Origin: Clostridia bacterium
Lineage (GTDB): Bacteria; Bacillota; Clostridia; UMGS1883
Length of the DNA stretch: 19,979 bases
Reading direction: 5' to 3'
NCBI GenBank assembly: GCA_051866635.1
Contig: JBJDXJ010000007.1
Location: 1 to 19,979, forward strand
Shown: positions 9,031 to 18,800 of the stretch, in pieces
Numbering within the stretch: position 1 is the first letter of the stretch
Layout of the letters: the number at the start of each line of letters is the position of its first letter
The notes under the pieces: generated by a model
What the model was told of the DNA's origin: nothing
The model's input: only the letters and a program-made list of their open reading frames with translations
Databases searched by the model: none
Translations under genes and position numbers: made by a program

Positions 9031-10272
9031 ATGGCACAGAATATTGAATTTACAAAAAAAATGAAAAAGGAATACACCATTTTGGCACCTTATATGTTAG
9101 AAGCACATTTTGACATACTTGTTCCCGTTGTCCGTTCTTTCGGATATAAGGTTGAAATTCTCAAAAACCGAAGTGAAGAAGTCGTTCAGGACGGATTGAT
9201 GTATGTGCATAACGACACCTGTTACCCCGCCCTTTTAGTTATAGGACAGATGATTCACGCATTAAAATCGGGCAAGTACGACGTTAACAAAACCGCACTT
9301 ATGATTACACAGACAGGCGGCGGTTGCCGTGCTTCAAACTATATCCACCTTTTGAGAAAGGCTTTAGTTAAGGCAGGCTTCCCACAGGTTCCCGTTATAA
9401 GCCTTAATTTGTCAGGTCTTGAAAAGAACAGCGGTTTTTCACTTACTCTGCCCCTTCTTGAAAGGGCAATGGCATGTCTTGTTTACGGCGACGTTTTAAT
9501 GCTTCTCCGTAACCAGATTAAGCCTTATGAAGTAAATAAAGGTGACGCTGATGCACTTTATGAAAAATACGTAAGCACACTTTCTGACTCACTTTCTGCA
9601 AAGAAGCACTTTTCTTTCAAAAAGATTTACGAAAACATTGAAAAAATCGTTTCTGACTTTGCAAAAATTGAAATTAACAAAACGCCTAAGGTTAAGGTTG
9701 GTGTAGTTGGGGAAATCTATGTTAAATACTCCTCATTGGGCAATAATAATCTTGAGGAATTTTTGGCATCTCAGGACTGTGAAGTTCTTCTTCCCGGCGT
9801 TATGGGCTTTATGCTTTTCAAGGTTGACAACCGTTTGGAGGATATTAAGCTTTACGGCGGAAACCCATTTAAGAAGCTTGTATGCACCATTTTATTTAAC
9901 TTCTTCAAGAAGTTTGAAACTGCAATGGTTGAAGCCTTTAAGAAATACCCACAGTTTACCCCTCCTATGCCCTATTCACACACAAAGGAAAATGTTAAGG
10001 GCGTAATCGGCTACGGCAACAAAATGGGTGAAGGTTGGCTTTTAACAGGCGAAATGATTGACCTTGTACAGATGGGCTATGAAAATATTGTTTGTGCACA
10101 GCCCTTCGGTTGTTTGCCAAACCACATTTGCGGTAAAGGTATGGTGAGAAAAATCCGTGAGATGTACCCTGATGCAAACATAGTTCCCATCGACTATGAC
10201 CCCTCCGCAACAAGAGTAAATCAGGAAAACAGAATTAAGCTTATGCTTTCCATAGCTAAAGAAAAGCTTTAA
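9031..10272 (+). CDS. 2-hydroxyacyl-CoA dehydratase-like partner of the activase
   Basis: DTCYPA, GGGCRASNY, VGVVGEIYV, GEGWLL, QPFGCLPNH motifs. Start at ATG 9031, behind GGAGGAG, 13 nt after the upstream stop. Confidence 0.8.
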   Translation: MAQNIEFTKKMKKEYTILAPYMLEAHFDILVPVVRSFGYKVEILKNRSEEVVQDGLMYVHNDTCYPALLVIGQMIHALKSGKYDVNKTALMITQTGGGCRASNYIHLLRKALVKAGFPQVPVISLNLSGLEKNSGFSLTLPLLERAMACLVYGDVLMLLRNQIKPYEVNKGDADALYEKYVSTLSDSLSAKKHFSFKKIYENIEKIVSDFAKIEINKTPKVKVGVVGEIYVKYSSLGNNNLEEFLASQDCEVLLPGVMGFMLFKVDNRLEDIKLYGGNPFKKLVCTILFNFFKKFETAMVEAFKKYPQFTPPMPYSHTKENVKGVIGYGNKMGEGWLLTGEMIDLVQMGYENIVCAQPFGCLPNHICGKGMVRKIREMYPDANIVPIDYDPSATRVNQENRIKLMLSIAKEKL

Positions 10273-10276
10273 TAAA

Positions 10277-10327
10277 CACAAAAAGCTCTTGAACTGATTT
10301 TTAAGTCAGTTTCAAGAGCTTTTTGTG
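10277..10327 (+). terminator. Intrinsic terminator (possibly bidirectional)
   Basis: Perfect 17-bp inverted repeat CACAAAAAGCTCTTGAA / TTCAAGAGCTTTTTGTG with an inner CTGA/TCAG extension, directly after the stop at 10272. Confidence 0.85.
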
Positions 10328-10420
10328 ACAATATCTATTTATATGTTTTTACAAAGTGGCATATTGCCTTTTAATCCCCGACAGTTTTTTTAATTCGGTC
10401 ATTATTACTTAGTTAAAAGG

Positions 10421-10449
10421 TTGACAAAATCCCCTTTTCATTATAAAAT
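10421..10449 (+). promoter_or_regulatory. SigA-type promoter for COG2426-metK
   Basis: TTGACA, 17 nt, TAAAAT. Confidence 0.7.
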
Positions 10450-10486
10450 ATCATTGATACAAAATATCTGAGTTTTGGAGGCAATC

Positions 10487-11023
10487 ATGGTCGAACAAAT
10501 TAAGACTCTTGTCCACTCCTTTGCAGTAACTGTTGTTACGGCGTTGGGGTTCACAGCGGCATCAGCCAATTATGTGTATGTGTTTTTAATATCAATGCTT
10601 CCCATAATTGAGCTCCGCGGTTCTATACCTGTAGCCGCCGCATTGGGGCTTGACCCTTTTGTAAGCTACATAGTATCTGTTATAGGCAATCTTCTTCCCG
10701 TACCGTTTATACTTCTTTTCATAACTCACTTTTGTGCGTTTCTTAAAAAGGTTAAGTATTTGCAAAAAATTCCGCTTTGGCTTGAAAAGAAGGTGGCAAA
10801 AAACGAAGGCAAAATTACCAAGTACAAAAACTGGGGGCTTTTCCTTTTCGTTGCTATCCCACTTCCCGGAACCGGTGCATGGACCGGTGCGTTAGTTGCT
10901 TCATTTTTAAGCTATAAGTTCAAAGACGCATTTTTATCTATTTTTTCAGGCGTTCTCACAGCCGGCGTTATTATGACTGCGGCGTCTTATGGTTTATTTA
11001 CTTTTATTTTTAATATTTTTTAA
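10487..11023 (+). CDS. COG2426 / 'small multidrug export' family membrane protein
   Basis: [38 protein letters not shown] signature and several TM helices; ATG 10487 behind GGAGG. Confidence 0.85.
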   Translation: MVEQIKTLVHSFAVTVVTALGFTAASANYVYVFLISMLPIIELRGSIPVAAALGLDPFVSYIVSVIGNLLPVPFILLFITHFCAFLKKVKYLQKIPLWLEKKVAKNEGKITKYKNWGLFLFVAIPLPGTGAWTGALVASFLSYKFKDAFLSIFSGVLTAGVIMTAASYGLFTFIFNIF

Positions 11024-11037
11024 GGGGGAAACCAAAT

Positions 11038-12216
11038 ATGTTACAAAAGAAATTATTTACTTCTGAATCTGTTACAGAAGGGCATCCCGACAAAGTATGT
11101 GACACAATTTCCGACAGTATTCTTGATGATATTTTAGGAAACGACCCCAACGCAAGAGTTGCTTGCGAAACTTGTGCGGCAACAGGTCTTGTTATGGTTT
11201 TCGGCGAAGTTACATCAACTCACCAGCCTGACATCCGCCGAATTGTACGTGACACTATTAAGGAAATCGGCTATACAGAAGGCGACATGGGATTTTCCTA
11301 TGATTCCGTTGCTGTTTTAAACACACTTAACAAGCAGTCAGCAGACATTGCTATGGGTGTTGACAAGTCCTTGGAGGCAAAGTCAGGTGACAGTAGCGAA
11401 TTTGACACAGGTGCAGGAGATCAGGGCATGATGTTCGGTTACGCAACAAACGAAACCGAGGTTTATATGCCCATGCCAATTTACTATGCACAGAAAATGG
11501 CAAAGCGTCTTACTGAAGTAAGAAAGAACGGCACTTTGAAATACCTTCGTCCCGACGGCAAAACTCAGGTAACTGTTGAATATGACGGTGATTTACCTAA
11601 AAGGATTGATGCTATTGTAGTGTCAACTCAGCATACAGCCGATGTGGATTTGGAAACAATCAAGCAAGATATTACAAAGCATGTTATAAATGCTACTATC
11701 CCCAAGGAACTTATGGATGATAATACAAAAATTTTCATCAACCCCACAGGCAGATTTGTAATCGGCGGTCCCCACGGTGACAGCGGTCTTACAGGCAGAA
11801 AAATTATCGTTGATACTTACGGCGGTTACGCTCCCCACGGCGGCGGTGCATTCAGCGGTAAGGACCCCACAAAGGTTGACAGAAGTGCGGCTTACATGGC
11901 TCGTTATATTGCGAAAAATCTTGTTGCCGCTAAATTTTGCGACAAGTGCCAGATCCAGCTTGCCTATGCAATCGGTGTTGCAAACCCTGTTTCCGTACGT
12001 GTTGACACCTTCGGCACAGGCGTAAAGAGCGATGATGAAATAAATCAGATAGTACTAAAGGAATTCGACCTTCGCCCTGCCGCAATAATTAAAAAGTTGG
12101 ACCTTCGCCGTCCTATCTATAAACAGACTGCGGCATATGGTCACTTTGGAAGGAATGACGTATCACTTCCCTGGGAAGAATTAGATTCTGTAGAAAGCCT
12201 TAAAAAGTATCTTTAA
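11038..12216 (+). CDS. metK: S-adenosylmethionine synthetase
   Basis: [33 protein letters not shown]. Confidence 0.98.
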   Translation: MLQKKLFTSESVTEGHPDKVCDTISDSILDDILGNDPNARVACETCAATGLVMVFGEVTSTHQPDIRRIVRDTIKEIGYTEGDMGFSYDSVAVLNTLNKQSADIAMGVDKSLEAKSGDSSEFDTGAGDQGMMFGYATNETEVYMPMPIYYAQKMAKRLTEVRKNGTLKYLRPDGKTQVTVEYDGDLPKRIDAIVVSTQHTADVDLETIKQDITKHVINATIPKELMDDNTKIFINPTGRFVIGGPHGDSGLTGRKIIVDTYGGYAPHGGGAFSGKDPTKVDRSAAYMARYIAKNLVAAKFCDKCQIQLAYAIGVANPVSVRVDTFGTGVKSDDEINQIVLKEFDLRPAAIIKKLDLRRPIYKQTAAYGHFGRNDVSLPWEELDSVESLKKYL

Positions 12217-12221
12217 TTAGC

Positions 12222-12264
12222 AAAATCGCCCCGATATTCATAAACTGATATCGGGGTGAATTTT
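12222..12264 (+). terminator. Hairpin after metK (terminator-like, RBS-sequestering)
   Basis: TCGCCCCGATAT (12226-12237) pairs with ATATCGGGGTGA (12248-12259), one G-U; short T-tract follows. Confidence 0.7.
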
Positions 12265-12267
12265 AGT

Positions 12268-12447
12268 ATGTCAGCAATTTTTGCATCTCTTGTAATTATA
12301 TTTTCCATCGTTTTTTTGATTGTGTTTTTAGTATATAAAAGTGAGGAAACAATAATTGCGGAAGATGATTATCAAGACTACGTAATTAAAATTAAAATTT
12401 CTAAAAAAAGGAGGGATTGTATTGGAAAAAGAAAAAATTCAGGGTGA
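12268..12447 (+). CDS. Small single-TM hypothetical protein (59 aa)
   Basis: GGGGTGA SD 8 nt before ATG 12268; hydrophobic helix AIFASLVIIFSIVFLIVFLVY, then an acidic and a basic segment; overlaps the recD2 start by 26 nt. Confidence 0.5.
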   Translation: MSAIFASLVIIFSIVFLIVFLVYKSEETIIAEDDYQDYVIKIKISKKRRDCIGKRKNSG

Positions 12448-14608
12448 AGTTTATGAAGTTATTTATTATAACGAAGACAACTGCTACTGCGTATTTGATT
12501 TAAGCTATTTAAAAAGCATTGTAACCTGCGTAGGTCACATCCCCTATATAACTGCGGGGGAATGTGTTCTTTTAGAGGGCAGATGGACAAACCATGCTGA
12601 TTACGGTGAACAGTTTAAGTTTGACTCTTTTGAACGTACAGTCCCTCAGAAGGTAAACGCAATACGTACATACCTTGCCTCGGGTATAATTCCCGGCATA
12701 CGGGAAGCAACGGCTGTTAAAATGACGGACATCTTCGGAGAAGACACTTTAGAGGTTATAAAAAACAACCCCGAAAAGCTTACTGTAATAAAAGGTATTT
12801 CCCTGTCAAAAGCCATGAAGATGAACGAAGCCTTTCTTATCCGTCAGGATGCATCATCTGCCGTAATGTATTTTCAGCAATTCGGCGTAAGTGCAAAAAT
12901 GGCTGTTAAAATCCATAAACAATTTGGCTCCTCTGCCATTGACATGGTAAAAGCCAACCCCTATATAATTTGTGACGAAATTACAGGTATAGGTTTTAAA
13001 ACGGCTGACCTTATCGCTTCACGTATGGGCATTTCCCCCTCCCACCCGGGGCGTATCAAAAGCGGCATACGCCATGCTTTGGGTGAAGCCGCACAGAACG
13101 GACATACATGCTATCCAAAGGAAAGTCTTATCCCTTATTGTTCAAGGCTCTTAGGCTGTGACGAGGTTGATATTTTATCAATGTTTACCGAGCTTGTACA
13201 AAGCGGTAAAATAGTGTACGAATCAAATACTGATTTATGCTACCTTACCCCTTTGTATAACGAGGAATTATCAACTGCAACCCGCCTTTTGTCACTCGTT
13301 ACAAGGAAAAAGGAAAAACTTCCCTGTGATATTGACCTTGCCATAGAAGAGGCAAGCGAGGGGATTACATTGTCAAAAAAGCAATACGATGCTGTGAAAG
13401 CGGCACTTACTGAAAATATAACTGTAATAACAGGCGGTCCCGGTACAGGTAAAACAACAATCATAAACACAATTTTAAAAATTTACTTTAAATTAGGCAA
13501 AAAGGTAAGCCTTGCGGCACCTACGGGAAAAGCCGCAAAAAGGCTTAGCGAAGCATGTAATGCCGAGGCAAAAACGCTCCACCGTCTTTTGAATTTGGAC
13601 ATTATTTCAGATACTGATGACTACACCTACACACATGATTTTGACCCGATAAGTGCCGACGTGGTTGTTGTTGACGAAATGAGTATGGTGGACTTAAGCC
13701 TTATGAGCGTGCTTTTAAAAAGTCTTCGCAAAAACGCAAAGCTTATTTTATCAGGTGACTCCGATCAATTGCCCTCTGTAGGTGCAGGAAATGTGTTAAA
13801 GGATATTATCGATTCAAAGCGGTTCCCCGTAATTACATTGACTGATGTTTTCCGTCAGGCAGGAGAAAGCATGATTGTCACCAATGCCCACAGGATAAAT
13901 TCAGGGCAAATGCCCATATGCAACCAAAAGGGTAAGGACTTTTTCTTCATGCCCAGAGCTGCATCGGAGGCAGATGGAACCATTGCACAATTATGTTCCC
14001 AAAGGCTTCCTTCAACATATTCCTATGACCCTCTAAGACATATTCAGGTGCTTTCCCCTTCAAAAAAAGGCAGTACAGGTACATTTGCTTTAAACAATAC
14101 CCTACAAAGGTATCTTAACCCCCCAAGCAAAGACAAGAAAGAAAAAAAGCAAGGGGAAATAACCTTCCGAGTGGGTGATAAGGTTATGCAAATTAAGAAT
14201 AACTACAACATACCCTTTGTACGTACCTCCAGTAAGGAAGAAGGTTTAGGTATATATAACGGCGATATAGGTATAATACTGGATATTGACACTAAAAGAG
14301 CTGTTATGTTAATCGAATTTGACGATGAAAGGCTTGTAGAATATGATTTTACATGGCTGGAGGAGTTGGAATTGGCATACGCCCTTACCGTTCATAAAAG
14401 CCAAGGCTGTGAATTTAAGGCAGTTATACTGTCGGTTTCCCCTGTTGCACCTATGCTTACGGTAAGAAACCTACTTTATACTGCAGTGACCCGTGCAAAG
14501 GAAATTGTAATACTGGTGGGAAACGAGGAAACCGTCGCAAAAATGGTGGCAAATAATCGTGAAACAAAGCGTTACAGCGGACTTTTGTCAAAGCTTAAGG
14601 AAAATTAA
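12422..14608 (+). CDS. recD2: ATP-dependent RecD-like DNA helicase (RecD2)
   Basis: Long N-terminal extension with HhH-like segments (GIGFKTAD), Walker A GGPGTGKT, APTGKAA, DEMSMVD, GDSDQLPSVG, YALTVHKSQG. TTG start behind GGAGG. Confidence 0.93.
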   Translation: MEKEKIQGEVYEVIYYNEDNCYCVFDLSYLKSIVTCVGHIPYITAGECVLLEGRWTNHADYGEQFKFDSFERTVPQKVNAIRTYLASGIIPGIREATAVKMTDIFGEDTLEVIKNNPEKLTVIKGISLSKAMKMNEAFLIRQDASSAVMYFQQFGVSAKMAVKIHKQFGSSAIDMVKANPYIICDEITGIGFKTADLIASRMGISPSHPGRIKSGIRHALGEAAQNGHTCYPKESLIPYCSRLLGCDEVDILSMFTELVQSGKIVYESNTDLCYLTPLYNEELSTATRLLSLVTRKKEKLPCDIDLAIEEASEGITLSKKQYDAVKAALTENITVITGGPGTGKTTIINTILKIYFKLGKKVSLAAPTGKAAKRLSEACNAEAKTLHRLLNLDIISDTDDYTYTHDFDPISADVVVVDEMSMVDLSLMSVLLKSLRKNAKLILSGDSDQLPSVGAGNVLKDIIDSKRFPVITLTDVFRQAGESMIVTNAHRINSGQMPICNQKGKDFFFMPRAASEADGTIAQLCSQRLPSTYSYDPLRHIQVLSPSKKGSTGTFALNNTLQRYLNPPSKDKKEKKQGEITFRVGDKVMQIKNNYNIPFVRTSSKEEGLGIYNGDIGIILDIDTKRAVMLIEFDDERLVEYDFTWLEELELAYALTVHKSQGCEFKAVILSVSPVAPMLTVRNLLYTAVTRAKEIVILVGNEETVAKMVANNRETKRYSGLLSKLKEN

Positions 14609-14609
14609 A

Positions 14610-15320
14610 ATGAAAAAGTTTCTGTCACGTATTTATGATGTGTTTTTTCCTCACCGCTGTAGCTTCTGTGATGAAATTCTGCCCTATGACAATCAGAGAT
14701 TTATTTGCGATAAATGCATAAAAACAATCGACTATATAACAGGACCCACTTGTTTAAAATGCGGTTCCCCACGGGAGGAATATTCCCTTCCCGTATGCCT
14801 TAATTGCAGAAAATATCGATACTCATTTGCAGGTTCCTTTACACCTTTAAAATATAAGGATAAAACCAGAAAAGCACTTTTAAGGATGAAATTTCGTAAT
14901 AAAACACACTTTGCATATAGCTTTGCGTATCTTATATGCAATAATATAGTGACAAAAGACTATCCTGATTTTGACTTTATTACTTATATTCCCCTCTCCA
15001 GGGAGCGTTTTAATGAACGAGGATACAATCAGGCAGAAATCATTGCCTTTGAATGTGGAAAAATCCTGAACGTTCCCGTTATAAGCACGCTTACAAGAAA
15101 AGACGGCACACCTAATCAACATGACCTTCCCTTAAAAGAACGGCACAGAAATGCAAAAAATTCATTTTTTCCCAAAGATATGAAACTAAATGGCACCGCA
15201 CTTTTAATTGACGACATTTACACCACAGGCTCCACAATGGATTATTGCTCTTCCCTTCTTTTAAAAATGGGATGTGATAAAGTATATATTGCATGTTTAG
15301 CATTAACAGTAAAAGAATAA
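14610..15320 (+). CDS. comF: ComF/ComFC family protein (double zinc ribbon plus PRTase fold)
   Basis: Four CxxC pairs, RGYNQA, LLIDDIYTTGST. Start at ATG 14610, 1 nt after the recD2 stop. Confidence 0.88.
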   Translation: MKKFLSRIYDVFFPHRCSFCDEILPYDNQRFICDKCIKTIDYITGPTCLKCGSPREEYSLPVCLNCRKYRYSFAGSFTPLKYKDKTRKALLRMKFRNKTHFAYSFAYLICNNIVTKDYPDFDFITYIPLSRERFNERGYNQAEIIAFECGKILNVPVISTLTRKDGTPNQHDLPLKERHRNAKNSFFPKDMKLNGTALLIDDIYTTGSTMDYCSSLLLKMGCDKVYIACLALTVKE

Positions 15321-15332
15321 ATTACATATTTT

Positions 15333-15377
15333 AAAAACCGCCTTTTGCACATACTAAATGCGAAAGGTGGTTTTTTT
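15333..15377 (+). terminator. Hairpin between comF and CBS gene (terminator-like, RBS-sequestering)
   Basis: AAAAACCGCCTTTTGCA (15333-15349) pairs with TGCGAAAGGTGGTTTTT (15359-15375): 17 bp with two G-U, loop CATACTAAA, T7 tract. Confidence 0.75.
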
Positions 15378-15812
15378 ATGAAAATTAAAGATATATGTTC
15401 TTGCAATGCAATAACAGTAAATCCCCAGGATACAGTTATGACAGCGGCAGAAAAGATGGAACATCACAATGTAGGTGCACTTCCTGTTGTGGATTATTCA
15501 GGCAGGGTTTTAGGCATTATCACTGACCGTGACATTACAATACGTGTTACTGCCAAGGGAAAAGATGCCAAACAGTATCAGGTTTGTGATATTATGACAA
15601 ACAATGTTTCCTGCGTTTGTCTTGATGCCGATATTGAAAGTGCAACAAAAATCATGGGTGAATCAAAGGTAAGACGTCTTCCTGTTGTAGACTCGGGCAA
15701 AGTAGTTGGTTTTGTTTCCTTAGGCGATATTTCCAGAACAGGTAAATTTGATATGGAAGCCGGCAAAACACTTTGCGACATTTCCTGCAAAGATAAGATA
15801 AATGATAAATGA
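15378..15812 (+). CDS. CBS-domain pair protein (YhcV/YlbB-like)
   Basis: AAEKM..HNVGALPVV..GIITDRDI and M..SKVRRLPVV..GFVSLGDI; ATG 15378 behind AAAGGTGG. Confidence 0.88.
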   Translation: MKIKDICSCNAITVNPQDTVMTAAEKMEHHNVGALPVVDYSGRVLGIITDRDITIRVTAKGKDAKQYQVCDIMTNNVSCVCLDADIESATKIMGESKVRRLPVVDSGKVVGFVSLGDISRTGKFDMEAGKTLCDISCKDKINDK

Positions 15813-15813
15813 T

Positions 15814-15843
15814 AAATCTCCCCGGAGAACCGGGGAGATTTTT
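15814..15843. terminator. Bidirectional intrinsic terminator
   Basis: Perfect 12-bp stem AAATCTCCCCGG-AGAA-CCGGGGAGATTT between convergent genes. Confidence 0.88.
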
Positions 15844-15855
15844 GTTTAACGTTAT

Positions 15856-18800
15856 TTATTTCCAAATAAGAGTTTTATATGCCGCCTGCATATTTTCTTC
15901 CCAAAGGAATACCTTAATGGATACCTTATTTTCCTGATCCTGACCAACATTAAGAACTACGTCTTTATATTTGCCGGCTTCAACAGAAACGTCTGTACTT
16001 TCAACAGCTGTAAGTACATTATCTGAATAAGATGCAGCGTATACTTTAAGATTAATAGTTTCATTTTCTTCGCTGAGATTTGTAATTCTTACAGTTGTCT
16101 GTGTACTGCCTACATTCTTGATTTCAGCTTCAAGTATGTCAGGCTTAACTTCGTATACACCTACGTTATCGAAGTACCAGAAGGGACCTCCACCACCGTT
16201 GTTGCTTTCACCAAGCCATGAGAAGTGGAAGTAAATATAACCGTCAGTAGGAGCTACAATGGCGAATGTATTTGTCTGCCATTGGGTGCTTACGTCAGTA
16301 GGAATGTTGTAATCCTTATCGCCTGCAGACATATTCTTTGTCTTTTGGAAAGATGTGCTGATGTAGCTTGCCTGTGCCGCGGAAGGATTCTTGTGCTTAT
16401 AATCATAAGTTACAATATATGTCTTTCCACCTTCAACAGGAATGAAGTTTGCCATAGAGCAAAGACCTGTGATACCGTCGTTCCAGCGTGTACCTAAAGC
16501 ATAGTTATCTGCTGTAAGACCTGTAAGGTAGAGAGCCGCAGCATCTGTATCACGGTTTACCTGATAGAACCAGTCTTCACACTTATCACGGAAGTAGTTA
16601 CCTGTCTCAGGACTCTGCCAGCTGCCCCAGCTGAACTTACCGTTATTACCCTTGAAGTCGCCATCGGGCACAAGGTTGTCTGCCTTAACAAGTTCAGAAG
16701 GGTTGACGGTAATTACATCAAACACCAAAGTACAGATATTATCTCTGAGCATTGATGGGTTAACAGTTGTTGTACTCAATTCATCCTTATAGAGATAAAG
16801 TGAAACAATTTCACCAACAGTTTCTTTTTCAATAGTCTTGTAGGAATCGGGAACTTCATATGTAACAGTGTCAAGACTTACCTTTACAATATCAGAATCC
16901 TTAATTGTGTTGCCGTCAAGATCCTGATAGCGGATAACAATTTCATACTTTTCGCCGTCATCTGGTGTATTATTATTTCCAGACTCTTCTTCAAGAACGA
17001 AAGCATCAAGATAATCAACGCTTGTAGCATCACCGTTTGCATATGCTATAAGGATATATGCAGCATTAGGTGTATTTGTTGTATCAAAGTTAAATACTCT
17101 CTGTGTCCAGCCTGTTGTGTAAGCCGGGTCACGAGTTGCCTGCCCCATTGCAGCCTGATTCCATGAGTCCCAACCGCCACAAGATACGATACGGTTTGAG
17201 GTACTGCCAAGTGCAGAAGTATTATCACTTGTTACAACAGCCGCCATCATCTGGTGGCTACCTGCCGCCTTATCGGCTGAAGAATGTTCCCACCAAGACA
17301 AAGTATATTTCTTTCCTGATTCAATGGGAATATATGTACCGATGTTGTTATTTGTTCCACCGCCGTTACCTTCTGTTACAGTTTTCTTTAATGAGTAGTT
17401 TCCTTCATAAACAACTTCTGTGGAGCGTGCCCAACCTTGAAGAGCACCGAAAGTACCGTTATTATTGTATGTCCAACCATCCAAATTTTCTTCAAAGGAA
17501 CCGTTTGCAATAAGGTTATTACCCTTCGCCTGCTTTTCAAGCTGGAATACTAAGATACATACGTTTTCGCTATCTGCGGAAACATATACGGAATCCGTAC
17601 TCTTACTTTCAACATACTTATATACATATCTATACTGGTCATCGGATGTAGAAGGAAGACTCTTATATGATTGGGGTACATCGTAAGTTGTTCCCACGTC
17701 AGCAGATACAGTCACAGCCTCTTTAAGTTCTTCACCGCTAACATCCTGATACTTAATTGTAACAGGTGCTACAACTGTAGGACGTGTATTTTCGTAAAGA
17801 GTTGTAATTTCTTCACCGGAAAGAGCTCTGCTGTAAATACGAATGTCGTCCATCCAACCGTAAAAGTCAGGGTTCTCAGCATTCTTCCACTGTGTACGTC
17901 CGAAAAATCCGTTTTGGGAAGACTGGCTTGCAACCTGATAAATACTGTTCGTAAGTTTTGTATAGTTGCCGGAATTACCTACTTCAACACCGTCAACATA
18001 TACCTTTGCATAAGCGGCAGCATCAGTCTTGTCATATGTGAAGGAAACAAGACTCCAACCGCCCTTGCCTACATCAACTGTTTTGTCAATAGCCCAGTCA
18101 GAACCGGAAGATGCTGTACCACGGTCCATGAATGTCAACTGACCGGAACCGGGAATATATCTTAAGAACTGTGATGTATATGTACCGCCACCAAAGTCAA
18201 AGAAACGATACATTGCACCGCTGGATGCTATAGCATCATTAAGCTTTACCCACATGGAAACAGAATAGCTTCCTGTAAGATTTACAGCATAGTCGGAAGG
18301 AAGTATAATTGTACCGTTTACGAATGCGTAACCGTCTGTAATTGTCACACCTTCAACAGTTGCATTGTAAGTCTTCTGTGCATTGTCGTAAACCTTGTTT
18401 GACTTTATGGGAGATTCAAAGTCGTAATACATTTCAAGTCCCTCGGGAATAAGGTTTCCGCCAAGAGCCTTAAAAGTTTTAGTAGTTGTTGCTTCGCTGC
18501 CACCACATGTAATTGTTGCAATAATGTCAACAGAACATGTAACTTCAGGAGCTGTGTATTTACCGTCAGCTGTAAGGACATTTTCATCAGAGCATGACCA
18601 AGCAAAAGTAGCTTCTGGATAGCCTGCGATTGTATGAGAATTGGGAAGGCTGAGGTCACCGCTTATTGCAGTACCGAGCTTTTCAAAAACATTTGTCTGA
18701 ATCCATTCAATATAAGGTTCAAACATGCTCTTTACGATATAAGCATATTCAAATTCATAATAAACTTCATCGTACAAACCGTCAGCATACAAGCGTGCTG

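Noticed and set aside
9004-9031. Possible programmed frameshift or broken fusion between activase and partner
   Set aside because: Clean stop followed by a strong GGAGGAG SD and ATG at 9031, with no slippery site; it reads as a genuine two-gene arrangement.
10328-10420. Possible SAM riboswitch or ncRNA upstream of the metK operon
   Set aside because: No S-box core motifs or stable helices seen, and the region lies upstream of the predicted promoter.
12422-15320. recD2-comF as a novel defence or recombination system
   Set aside because: A common Firmicutes housekeeping arrangement with canonical motifs and no accessory nuclease or mobile context.
15797-15817. GATAAAT x3 tandem repeat at the end of the CBS gene
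   Set aside because: Short, low-complexity repeat at the stop codon with no spacers; not CRISPR-like and unlikely to be functional.
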